DNA of 64,000 bases from Octopus sinensis (Eukaryota). Made by a program: the position numbers and the translations under genes. The stretch lies in assembly GCF_006345805.1 (NCBI RefSeq), contig NC_043000.1, forward strand, positions 25,296,001-25,360,000. The letters run 5' to 3'. Below are positions 52,141 through 64,000 of the stretch, in pieces; the first letter of the stretch is position 1; each line of letters opens with the position of its first letter. Under the pieces are notes generated by a model, which worked only from the letters and a program-made list of their open reading frames with translations, was not told where the DNA came from and ran no database searches.

Positions 52141-53635
52141 AAAAAAGAAGTTTGAAAACGCCACTATATTAGATAAATTTTAATTTTCTTATGAATTTTA
52201 CATGTTTTGGTTCTTGAAAAAACGAACCTTATCAAAAATATAAAAAGTGCAATGGAAAAGTTCATAATCGTTTCTTACTGGTCTCAATAGAATCCATGTT
52301 CTTGAAAAAACGAACCTTATCAAATATATTATAAAAAGTGCAATAGAAAAGTTCATAATCGTTTCTTACTGTTCTCAATAGAATCCATGTGGTGGTGTTT
52401 TGTCGGTAGTTGGTATAATGGCTATATTACTGTTGAGTGTAGTGAAGAAGTCCATTATTGTTTCTTGCTGGTATCAAAAGGAACCGCTTTTTTGTTACCT
52501 TGTGTTCCAATGGTAGCAACAGTAGTGATTGTTGGTCGTAGTAGAAGTAACCTGTGGCTGTTACTGTTGGTCATAATTTTGGCAACCTTTGTGGTGGTTG
52601 GGGTTGTAGCAGTTAAGCTGTGGCAGCAGCAGTAGCAGTAGTGGTCGGTTCACTGGCACTGCTCACTGACGTCACATAATTCCAAACCAATCAAAGCCAA
52701 ACTTCAACGAATACAAGGAAAAGACCCATAACTGTATCCTGTAAGGAAACCAACCAAGCAGAACGACAAGCTTGACCACGGAAGAAAAACGTCATCAATT
52801 TTTTAACGAATCAAAATCAGATCTGCTCGCAGAAAAAGCTTTTTTTATAAATTCATCTTTCCCTAAAACATACCACTGCAAGCGGGAGTGACTGTTTAAA
52901 GATCTGAGACATTGTAATTCTTCCCACCTCCACCCTTTTTTTACAATTTTAATTCTCACACTGTGGCCGTAGCAGCAATAGTAGTGACCACGGTGGTTGT
53001 AGTAGTAGTGCTGCTAGTGGAAGCAGTCGTAGTGGTCGTGGTGGTTGTGGTAGAATTTCATTTTTCCTTTTCGGAAGACCAATGTTTTGTTTTAATATTC
53101 CTGGCCCAGGGTGTTCAAACTTGGTCTAAATTTTTTGATGAAATAAAGTTCTTTATTTTGGCGTTGGGTGAAGGTTACGCTGTCACACTGATTTTGTAAA
53201 GTGGTAAGTTGTAAATTCGGATTTTCATTTGTAGCACATCTATGTGTCCGCTGACCGTAATTTCCGGTATTCAGGGTTTCTAATTTGGGATTTATGCACC
53301 GCCATCCTTTTACGTAAGCTATTTTTTGTATGGCCTATATACTGCCTATTGCAGCCTGCGCATGTTAAGACGTAAATTAAGTTTTCTGATGCACAGGTGA
53401 AGTTTGTTCTAATGGTGAACTGATGGCCTTGTTCTAGTATAAATTCTGAACCTTCTACCAAGATGATACAGATTCCGCAGTTAGGCCTTCCACATTTTCT
53501 AACTGCTGGTTTTGTGGTTGATGTTGAGTGCAGTTTAGCTTGGTTTAAAATTCTTTTCAAGGATTTTGGTCGCCGTTTACTTTTAATGATGGTGTGTGTA
53601 TCGAGGATCCGGTTCATCTTTGGGTCTCCCTTTAG
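52141..53635 (-). mobile_element. Penelope-like element 3' part: GIY-YIG ORF end (53095-53635) plus ~900-bp 3' region/pseudo-LTR
   Basis: KRRPKSLKRIL...KCGRPNCGIC...FTCASENLIYVLTCAGCNRQYIGHTKNSLRKRMAVH; after a frameshift KELYFIKKFRPSLN*. The 3' region is homologous to 9773-11233. Confidence 0.9.
52195..52239 (-). ncRNA. Hammerhead motif, U3-A8 variant, second copy
   Basis: ATTT-TTGATAA-GGTTC-gttttttcaa-GAACC-AAAAC-AT-GTA-AAAT; G12 is changed to A. Confidence 0.5.
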
Positions 53636-53649
53636 TAGGGCTGTGCTTT

Positions 53650-53860
53650 GTAGTATGGTGCTGAAGGCTGAGGCCGTATGGGAAGATGAATGGAGGCATA
53701 CCGTTACCATCACTAGTGATCACTCCACACACCATGATGTTGACTGGATGTTTGATTTTTATTACTCTAGGTGCATGTTTGGGGGGACACGGCAAACCAA
53801 CGGTTGTTCTGTGAGTTCACCATCTGTTCGTATTTTGCTTCCGGTGTGAATGCCAAGCAA
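53650..53860 (-). pseudogene. Tc1/mariner transposase fragment
   Basis: PRVIKIKHPVNIMVCGVITSDGNGMPPFIFPYGL, homologous to the 23240-24309 transposase segment. Confidence 0.75.
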
Positions 53861-54089
53861 TACAACATTTCATTTCCAAATTTCTGACGGAGTGAATTAC
53901 CTCACGGTGCTGTTTTTCTCGCTGACAGTGTCCAACTGACCCTACTATACTGTGTAGTCGATAAAATTAAAAACGAACAAAGCACATGCGCTAAATTAAA
54001 AGAAAAATGGCAACAATTTACCCATCGCAACCTGTATACATATATATGTATCTATGTGTATATATATATGTGTATATATATACATATAT

Positions 54090-54305
54090 ATATAACGGGA
54101 AGCTTTATGAAAATAAACAAAAGACGAAGGCAGGTGGAATACAAACAAACAATTGTATTAGTATGGCGCTCAGGAATATAAATAAAACAAGTCTTTAACG
54201 TTTCGAGCCTACGCTCTTCAACAGAAAGATACACAGAAAAGAAACACGGAGAGAAACAAGGAGAGAAAAAAAATGCGTGCAGAAGCTAGCGATCCAACAT
54301 GGCGA
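54090..54305 (-). mobile_element. Solo PLE pseudo-LTR of the 35210-37080 family, between (TA)n tracts
   Basis: Reverse complement of atcgccatgttg...tgcacgcattttttt...HHR...cctgagcgccatactaatacaattgtttg. Confidence 0.8.
54192..54229 (-). ncRNA. Minimal hammerhead motif with CUGUUGA core
   Basis: Identical to 36987-37024. Confidence 0.55.
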
Positions 54306-54314
54306 TATATTATA

Positions 54315-54367
<53 letters not shown>

Positions 54368-54586
54368 GATATATATATATGCGGTCACAGGAGTGTGACG
54401 AAAGAACTCTGGCCGAAATAAGATTAAGATTATGTAAAAAATAATAACACTGAAGCAAAATAACACCAAATATATAGTGCGTGTGTTTTTATTGGCTAAA
54501 CTTGCAAAATGACCATTCCGAAATATAACAATATCTGTTTCAACACACGACTTCACATAAAAAATCTGCCACAACAATATGTAAAC

Positions 54587-54639
<53 letters not shown>

Positions 54640-54660
54640 ATATATAATATATATACATAT

Positions 54661-55018
54661 ATATAAAGCTGAAGTAGTCTGTGTGTGGCAGGTTTGGTAG
54701 CCTTCAACTAACACTACTGCGGCGCAAGTTGACCAAAATTGAGAGTATGATAGAAGAAGACTTGCTCTTCATTCCGTAGAGGATAAAATTCAAATCGGAC
54801 CATGTTAAAACCAAAAATTATTTACATTAAAAAGGTGCTTTTTTTTCTATGAAAATCTCTGTTTTTTACGATTTTTGACTGCTGTGTCGCCATTTTTCGG
54901 TGTATTTCAACCAGAAAAATGTTCACTTAAAGAGAATAGCAAGCTACATAATGCAAAAGTTTTACTTTTCAAAAATTCTAATTCTAAAGGGTCGAAACAA
55001 CCCGAGCGATACTACTAG
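54661..55018 (+). mobile_element. Non-autonomous Helitron-like element, copy 3 (3' hairpin partly deleted)
   Basis: Ends cccgagcgatactaCTAG|T; embedded in (TA)n. Confidence 0.7.
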
Positions 55019-55022
55019 TATA

Positions 55023-55106
<84 letters not shown>

Positions 55107-55304
55107 ATATATATATATATGTATTATATAATAATAAATATTAGGGAATAAATCCAAATTTACAGGGAAAAAATCAGATTTAGGATTAAATCGATTTTAT
55201 AGTAATATTATAAAATTTATTCGAGACAAAACCACTATTTTGCAAAACAAACAAGGAAAGACTTAATCAATACATAAAATTTTAATAAATAGTCAAAAAA
55301 ACCG

Positions 55305-55346
55305 CCACTACAATCGTTCTTGTCTTGATCGACAATCTTCAGGTGG
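55305..55346 (-). ncRNA. Minimal hammerhead motif, left arm (GAAC instead of GAAAC)
   Basis: Reverse complement of the right-arm motif with a 1-nt deletion in the homopolymer. Confidence 0.5.
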
Positions 55347-55411
55347 ACTTCCAATAATTCAGTGTCAAATTATGAGACTTCTTCATAATTTGACACTGAA
55401 TTACTGGAAGT

Positions 55412-55454
55412 CCACCTGAAGATTGTCGATCAAGACAAGAAACGATTGTAGTGG
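55412..55454 (+). ncRNA. Canonical minimal type I hammerhead motif
   Basis: CCAC-CTGAAGA-TTGTC-gatcaa-GACAA-GAAAC-GATT-GTA-GTGG. Predicted cleavage after 55450. ACGATTGT is self-complementary with G-U wobbles. Confidence 0.72.
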
Positions 55455-56000
55455 CGTTTTTTTTGACTATTTATTAAATTTTATGTATTGATTAAGTCTT
55501 TCCTTGTTTGTTTTGCAAAATAGTGGTTTTGTCTCGAATAATATTTTATGTATATATATATATATGTTCGTGTATGTATAACGACATTTGTGATGTATAT
55601 GTATAGGTATATGTGTGGGAAAACATTTTGTGTAATGTTTAAGCTAGTGGGCTCACGGTCGTATAATCATGAGTTCGATTCCCACTTCGGGTGGCACGGG
55701 ATGTCCTTGAGCAAGTCACTTTATTTAGCGTTAATCTAGACCACGCAACTGGATTAGAGTAACGCCTGCTGTCTACAGCAGAGTGGAGCCTCATAAACTG
55801 TTAATCAAACACTGCATATGAAATGGATGATATGCATATGTGCGCATGTGCTACACGTCACGTGGTATTGTCTAGTAATTTGGATACGTGTATGCGTGTC
55901 GTTACATATAAACATACATATAGAAGTGTTGTGCGTATGGATGTGCTTGCATTTCAATGTATGTGTTTCGGCGTGTATGTTTATGTCTACGTGTGTATTT

Positions 56001-56041
<41 letters not shown>

Positions 56042-56776
56042 TGCGTGTGTGTGTAAATAGTATTTAAAAACTCGGTAAAAAGGAGTTTTTAGAGAAATGT
56101 AGATGTAAATAAGCCATTAGAGCAGAATTGGAAAGACAAACAAACCGACGGACAGACAGACATGCAGTCAGACAGACAGGCAGTCAGTCAGACAGACGAG
56201 CAGTTCTGATGCAGCATTCATTGTCTGATGATTATCCGGAGGACATGAAACTAAGTAAAGACATGCTGTAAACTGAATATATATACACATATATATATAT
56301 ATACATATATATGTATACACATATATATATATATATACATACATACACATATATACATATATATATATATGTATTCAGTTTACAGTGTGTAAATATATAT
56401 ACATATATATACTGACATGTATATGTGTATATGTATAAAAAAATAAGTATAAATATATATATATATATACATACATATGTGTATATATCTATACATGTAC
56501 ACAATATTAAAATATCGCTAATATTGCTGTCTGTTCTTTCAAATATGTATCTATATATCTATATCAAATATACATATATATATATATACACTTATACATA
56601 CATACATACATACATACATACAGGCATATGTAGGTATGTATGTACAGTCATACATATACACACACACATCTATATATACATACACGACTCACATACATAG
56701 GCTCGTACACACGCACATATACGTCCATATACATATATATGTGTATATATATATATATATAATATATATATATATA

Positions 56777-56854
<78 letters not shown>

Positions 56855-57002
56855 CGTGGAGGTGACAGACAGACAGACAGACAGACGAAAAATCAATTTT
56901 ACATGTAAGTGTGCTTACATGCACACGTACATGCATGCATACACGCACGCACGCACACACACACAAACACACACACACACACACATACACACATACATAC
57001 AC

Positions 57003-57038
<36 letters not shown>

Positions 57039-58739
57039 ACACACACACACACACTAGTTTCCAACGAAGGCCTTTCGCACATCAAAGATTATCTTTCATA
57101 TGAAAACGGCAACATATCTGAAAATCCAGTCGTCGTCACAACTAATCCTATGTTAAAATGTTTTCCATTAATAGGCAAAATCCAATTTTTCTCTTCAGCT
57201 ATCGATTTTATTCAATTTCCAGAGGAAAAAATATGCTGATATTGCTTAATACCATCGTTAAATGTGCATAATTGTGTGGGGAAAACATGGGTTTTAGTAC
57301 CAGCGTTTCATGTCGTTATGGCGTCGATGACGTTTATGGCTGCGATCACATGACGGCTCTGTCACTATAGTAACCATTGATAAGAATTACTAAACATTGA
57401 ATGTGAAGAAATCTAGGTGAATATGAGCAGGTGTAAGACGTCATCACGTCACGTGATCTCCCGCCTGGTTAAAAAAAAATATGAGAAAACGCGTCATTAA
57501 AGGGGGGAAAATAGCTCTAGGCGGTTCTTCCTGCTGGAAACAACAACCAAATCTCCCGTAACTCTGATATTTCTCTGTATTCAATGAAACGAAGAATGGA
57601 TTAGGCAATGTTATCCCTAATATATACAAAATGGTAAGAATATCAGGAATGGAATACCTTTTCATTCATGGGTCTGCTCGTTCAGATCTTACCTGAGACT
57701 ACGTTTTATAGTTTATCTTTATTTTAGCGTTTCGGTCGATAGATTGCGGTCATGCTGGGGCAGCACATTGAAGAGTTTGTTTTTTTACTCAGACGAATCG
57801 ACCCGAGTTTTTTTTTTTTTTCTCTTAAGGCCTAGTACTTATTCTATCGGTCCTCTTTTACCGGACCGTTAAGTTACGGGGACGTAAACAAACGACGTGA
57901 ACAATGGCCGCAATCTAAGGAATGAAACAAGTAAAAGATAAATTGTTGTTGTTGTTGGGTGGGGGAAATGGTGGGGGGGTGATTAACCCATGGTCAGCCC
58001 TGATCGAGGGTTAATCACCAGTAATCATTAAGTTGTTGTTTTTGTTGTTGTTGTTGTTGTTGTGGTTGTGGTGGTGGTGGCGGTTGTGGTAATTAACCCT
58101 TGGTCAGCCCTGATCGAGCAGACCGGTGATCACCAATCATTAACTTTCCGCCTTTTTACTTATTTTTTTACTTATTTATTTATTTAACTAATTAATTAGC
58201 AACAGTGGGCTTAATTGACAAATATATACCTTCTATAATCTAAAGATAAACATCTTTTCTCCTTTACTTCTTCCAGTCATTGGATTGTGGCCATGTTCGG
58301 GCACCACTTTGATGGCTTTAGTCGAACAAATCAACCCCACAACTTATTTTGTTTTTACGTTAGCTACTTATTTTATCAGGCTCTATTTTGCCGGACCAGT
58401 AACTTACGGGGACATCAACAGACCAACACCGGTTGCCAAGCGATGGGGGTGATATATTTTCTTTTAACCAAACTACAAATACACGCACAGATTTGCATAC
58501 ATATATCATTCCTTCATGTGTAGATGTATGCCTTCTCTTTCTCTTTTTAATTTAGAGTAGATTTAGACCGGTCACCGAGACTTGGTAGCAAAGTTGTGAA
58601 GGGACTTTTTCCTAATTTAGACGTCATCCTTTAAATCTTACTTATGTATGTATGTATGTATGTATGTATGTATGTATGTATGTATGTATGTGTTCAGATA
58701 TGTTCAGATATGTATATATGTATGTATGTATGTATCATC

Positions 58740-59250
58740 ATCATCATCATCGTTTAACGTCCGCTTTCCATGCTAGCATGGGTTGAACGATTTGACTGAG
58801 GTCTGGCGAACCAGATGGCTGCGCCTGATTCCAATCTGATCTGGCAGAGTTTCTACAGCTGGATGCCCTTCCTAACGTCAACCACTTCGAGAGTGTAGTG
58901 GGTACTTTTACGTGTCACCGACACGAGGGCCAGTCAGGCGGTACTGGCAACGACCTCGCTCGAATGTTTTTTTCACATTCCACCAGCACAAGTGCCAGTA
59001 AGGCGACGCAGGTAACGATCACGCTCGAATGGCGTTTTTTACGTGCCACCGGCACAGAGGCCAGCTTGTTGCTCTGGCAACGATCACACTCGTATGGTAC
59101 ACTTAGCACTCCACTAGCACGGATGCCAGTCATGGAATTTGATTTCGATTTCGATTTCACTTGCCTCAACAGGTCTTCGCAAGCAGAGTTTCGTGTCCAA
59201 TGAAGGAAAGGTACGCATAAGTTGGCTGGTTACACTCCTGGCATAGGCCA
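58740..59250 (-). mobile_element. RTE-type LINE 3' region with internal ~68-bp repeats and (GAT)n tail
   Basis: Minus strand ends gggcatccagctgtagaaac...cccatgctagcatggaaagcggacgttaaacgatgatgatg. Confidence 0.6.
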
Positions 59251-59828
59251 TGTATGTATACGGCAGGCTTCCTTCAGTTTTCTGTCAGCCAAATTTACTT
59301 ACAAGACTTTGGGATGCTCGGGGCGACAGTAGAAGACATCCCCAAGGTGCCGAGCTGTGGTACTGAACTCGAAAACACGTGGTTGAAAGGTAATTTCATA
59401 CTATACCGCTATGCATGTATATATAGTTTGAGAGAAATTTGGCTGCTTTTTCTAGCGCGTCGAGCAATAAACCACAGACTTTTCCAATAGAATGTTTGTA
59501 CGGATGGAGAGGAAATTTAGGTGAATATATGCACGTGTTTGACGTCATCACATCACGTGACACCCCCCACCCCCCAACGTGTAAATCTTTGTGAGAGAAC
59601 ATCACAAAGTTGTTACATCAAAGAACATGTAACATGTAAAAGAAAGGGAATGTTTATAAATGTTCATTTATTTACAATTCAGATTTATCGTCAGCAATAA
59701 ATTTTACAGTCCCTCGCCATTTTAACTTTTCATCGTCATCGTCGACCTGTACTAGTAGTAGTAGTAGTAGTAGTAGCAGTGGGTGCTGGTAGTAGTAGTA
59801 GTAGTAGTAGGTGCTGGTGGTGGTGGTG

Positions 59829-59863
<35 letters not shown>

Positions 59864-60304
59864 GGGTGCTGGTGGTGGTGGTGGTGGTGGTGGTGGTAGT
59901 AGTAGTAGTGTGTGGTAGTAGTAGTAGTAGTAGCAGTTGTTGTTGGTATTGTTTCGAACCATGTCAGTCCCGATCGAGCAGCCAAATTCTAAAGGCGTTC
60001 TGGCCACGACCACCCCCCACCTTCTTGATCGTATATCTAGAATAACGTTACTCAATATATTCCTTCTTTTTAAGAGACAGTGAGTTGTGTGATTTTAAAG
60101 CGATGTGATTGCTATTTCTAGCATAAACACTTCTCACTGCTGGAATCGGTTAAATGCTTCTGCTATACAGACGAGCACTTCTCACCATCATGCTTCATCG
60201 TTTCAATTGATTTTTTATCTATCTGTCTATTTATCAATCTATCTATATTTCTATCTACCTGTCTGCCTATCTATCTATCTGTCAGTCTATCTATCTATCT
60301 ATCA

Positions 60305-60348
<44 letters not shown>

Positions 60349-60401
60349 GTTTGTATATTTAAAAATCAATCTATCTGTCAGCCTGTCTGTCCATCTATTT
60401 A

Positions 60402-60436
<35 letters not shown>

Positions 60437-60449
60437 GGTGGTGGTGTGT

Positions 60450-60620
60450 AAGGGTGCATGGCCTAGTGGTTAGTGTGTTGCTCTCACGATCGCGAGATGG
60501 TGGTTTCAATTCACAGATCGTGTAGTGAGTTGTGTTCTTGAGCAAAACACTTCATTTCACGTTGCCCCACGATCACTTCGACACCTGACGTATGGTACAT
60601 CGTATACCTGTCGATTTGAT
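60450..60620 (+). mobile_element. SINE family C, partial
   Basis: gcatggcctagtggttagtgtgttg...ggtttcaattc...gttcttgagcaaaacacttcatttcacgttgc. Confidence 0.7.
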
Positions 60621-61193
60621 GGAAGGAGAGAGTGAACTCCCCCAACATTTCAGATCTTGTGCCTAGAGTAGAAAAGTATATATATAGTAGGGCCTCGAAA
60701 TACCAGTTACCTTCTTCCCGAAGACCGTTCGTAAAGCGAAAACTCGTAGAGCAGAACAATATTTTTCCCTAATAGCAATGGTACAAATCGTAATTCATTC
60801 CCAGAAAAATATTTTGCTCCTTTCATTAATATCATAATTTCGTTTATCATTTAATTTCATTAACGTAAATGTCCAGTCTGCAGCTTCCCTTCTATGTAAT
60901 GCCCTTGTAGCAAATTATATGAATAATAGAAGAAACTTTTATTTTTCGCTCTCTATAAGTTTCTTAGTAACACGCTGAGGCATTTGTTATGGTGGTAGAA
61001 ACTTTTATACTTAGTTCAAAATTTGGATCTTGTGTTTAAAAAACAAAACCTGCGAAGCGGGTCCTCGTACATTGAGGTATTACTGTATATACATATGTGT
61101 GTGTGTGTGCGTGCATATGTATGTATAAATAAGTATCCATATATATGTGTGTGTGTTTGTGTGTGTGTTTGTGTGTGTGTTTGTTTGTGTATG

Positions 61194-61226
<33 letters not shown>

Positions 61227-61389
61227 GAATCAAAGTTTACAGTATTATATGTCCATACCTGCTAGCTTTGATGAGCACGTGGCGTTACATAACCGATCTG
61301 TTATAAACATTTGAATGGTAAGCTTGGCCTTAATGGATACCCGATGAATATATACTTTTACCGACATTTGGACGCTTTGACGACTCTGT

Positions 61390-61467
<78 letters not shown>

Positions 61468-61556
61468 CTTGAAAACATTAATTGAAGTGGCCTTTCTGGA
61501 AATTTTTCCACTTTAATAATTAGATGCTTATAACTTTACAAAAGTATATATATATA

Positions 61557-61608
<52 letters not shown>

Positions 61609-62521
61609 GGGTATATATATATATAATTAAAGGTTTTATGACTCCACAGACAACAATATTTGTAACTGAGTTACAAATATTGTTGTGTGTGGAGTCATAT
61701 TTGTAGTTAAAAGAATTAGCTGTCTTTTGGCTGCTATTTCTAAATTTTCGGTATGTGGTGAAACAACTTGTTGCTAAACCCTTAATTATAAATATAATTA
61801 TGTATAAAAAAAAAAATTTTTGTACAAGTTTTTACCGATAATGGATTTTTTTCCATACCGAAACTACGAAACTACTTGATAAAATTTATTAATTATTAAG
61901 TTAATAATTCTTTACCTTGTATCTGTAATGAGTATATATACATCGATACAAATGATCTCCAACTCAACGTGGAGGTTGTGTTAGAACACAGAATACAACG
62001 ATATTTCCCTTGAGAGTGTCTCTCAAAATGTTTTGTGATGCATAAAAGTACGCATAACTATATCGTTGACAGACAAGAATCGTCTACTACGGCCTATAGA
62101 ACTGCCAGATCACGTAATTTCAACCTGCTACGGGTTCCTCAGTGGCAGATGTCCGGCAGCGTCATAACAGCTGAATCTTCTATCAATGATTTATAAAATC
62201 TCAGTTTCTGTTCAGGCACTGGTGTTGCAAATAGCCAGTGGGCTTATTAAAAGATAATTAATAGAGACAGAAACAGTATTAATGCCAAAAGATAATCTTG
62301 ATTGCCAACTTAATGTGGAGGTTGTTCCGTGGTGCGTGGTGCATAAAAGCAAACACAAGATCATAGCACGGGAGATTCGGCTGTTATCGATCTACTGGAC
62401 TTCTGTAACCAGCAATCGGTTCATCCGAGTTCGCATCCGCGGAATCCTTATCCATCGTTTACAACAACAGAGTTTAAGAGTTTAGGATGTGTGCGTGTAT
62501 ATGAGTGTGCATAAACGTGTG

Positions 62522-62555
<34 letters not shown>

Positions 62556-63696
62556 TGCGTGCGTGCGTGCGTGCGTGCGTGTCTGTGTGTACATAGCAGT
62601 CACTTCGACATCCGACATGTGGCACATGTACAGGCCATGTCGATTTGATGGAGAGAGGGAGTGGGCTGATGTACAACGCATACACTTGATCGCTCTAAAC
62701 CATCTGTCTTGTCTGTCTAACAAGAAATTTCAGATCCCTCATCTGTCATTTACCATAGAAGAGTCCACTTGTAGGCTCTTAGTTCTTGCAATGCAGTCTT
62801 CTTGACCACAGGGCCATGCCCGTCTGAAAATAAGACGGAATGGTCACGGTTGGAACATCTTTGAATATTTAGCAGATCAATATTTAGCTTGGACTGAACA
62901 TCTAGTACAGTAATATTTAATGGGTCTTTCATTTTTCTTTAAGCCCATGTACTTTGATGAAAATTTAACTGCTATTTCAAGTAGCCACGTATAAGTCTCC
63001 CTTATTAGCTCGTATTGTTTCGTTACGTGGTGTTTCGTTACAAACTTAGTTATATCTTGCAAACCGAATCTCTCTTCTATTCAACTTTTAAAGTTAACAA
63101 GACGAATAAGATACATGAGCAACATGGCGGAATCGATCGATTTTTTTCTTGTTCAGTAACAGCAAAACGAATAGAAAATTGCTTGTTTAAATAAAAATAA
63201 AATGTGTTTGGAAGAAATAGCGTAGAACAAATTAATGTACAATTGTTTAATTTTGTATTTATTTATCTATTTATGTATTTATTTTCTTTGGAATTGCTTC
63301 GTAGCTTATTGACAAAGAAAATTAGGCGAACGGATTGCTTGTGATTTATTAGGCGATAGAAATCACAGTTGATTTCATTCCAAGAAGAGATTAGAGGCTG
63401 TTTTATCGAAGAAAGCAAAATCCCCATTGGAAATTATTATGAACGATTTTGTGAGAGCAGATAATTAAATACAGATTGTGTCGAAGAGTAATTGTTTGAT
63501 TGAAGAGAAAGATTTTATGATTTTAATTGCAACATAAATTATTCATGATAGATGTGGATATTAAACATTTTTAGTTCAGTTTAGATTTCTGAGATTAGGC
63601 ACTAGCTCTAACGATTATATAGGCAAAAGGGAAATATGGATTGGTGGATAGTCAAGATGTTATTGTTGCTGCTACTGTTACTGTTGCTGTTGTCTT

Positions 63697-63978
63697 TTCT
63701 TCTTCTTCTTCTTCTTCTTCTTCTTCTTCTTCTTCTTCTCTTCTTCTCCTTCCTCCTCCTCCTCCTCCTTCTTCTTCTTCTTCTCCTCCTCCTTCTCCTC
63801 CTTCTTCTTCTTCTTCTTCTTCTTCTTCTCCTACTACTCCTTCTTCTTCTTCTTCTTCTTCTTCTTCTCCTCCTTCTTCTTTTTCTCCTTCTTCTTCTTC
63901 TCCTCTTCTTCTTCTCCTCCTCCTCCTCCTCCTTCTTCTCCTCCTCCTCCTCCTTCTTCTTCTTCTTCTTCTTCTTTC
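63697..63978. repeat. (TTC)n/(TCC)n microsatellite
   Basis: Directly visible. Confidence 0.95.
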
Positions 63979-64000
63979 AATCAGAACTCACGCCATTAGC

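Larger units (their letters stand above)
55140..55541. mobile_element. Divergent inverted pair of PLE-like terminal repeats (159-bp arms, 7-nt loop)
   Basis: 55217-55375 is a near-perfect reverse complement of 55383-55541. The left arm has a 3' extension to ~55140. Flanked by (TA)n. Confidence 0.8.

Overview
Repeat-saturated, AT-rich animal genomic DNA. The SINE, LINE and microsatellite landscape resembles, from memory, an octopus (coleoid cephalopod) genome; I cannot verify the species. No host protein-coding gene, rRNA, true tRNA or CRISPR array can be supported, and almost all ORF-track entries are translations of microsatellites. The window is a nested patchwork of decayed mobile elements: R4/Dong-like RT+RLE retrotransposons at (AAT)n tracts, CR1, RTE and L1/Tx1 LINE fragments, Tc1/mariner and hAT remnants, three mini-Helitrons, many tRNA-derived SINEs and two Penelope-like element (PLE) ORF remnants with GIY-YIG domains. 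The main hidden signal is RNA-level. There are five sequence-distinct families of minimal type I hammerhead ribozyme (HHR) motifs, plus a weak sixth. Two families have non-canonical cores (U3-A8 'UUGAUAA' and 'CUGUUGA'), and each of these is physically linked to a PLE ORF. Several motifs sit in divergent inverted pairs. One family forms the tail of an element with a tRNA-like Pol III head, i.e. a candidate Penelope-dependent, ribozyme-bearing SINE. All motifs were folded by eye and none has been tested. Frequent single-base indels suggest noisy long-read sequence, so individual defects may be errors.
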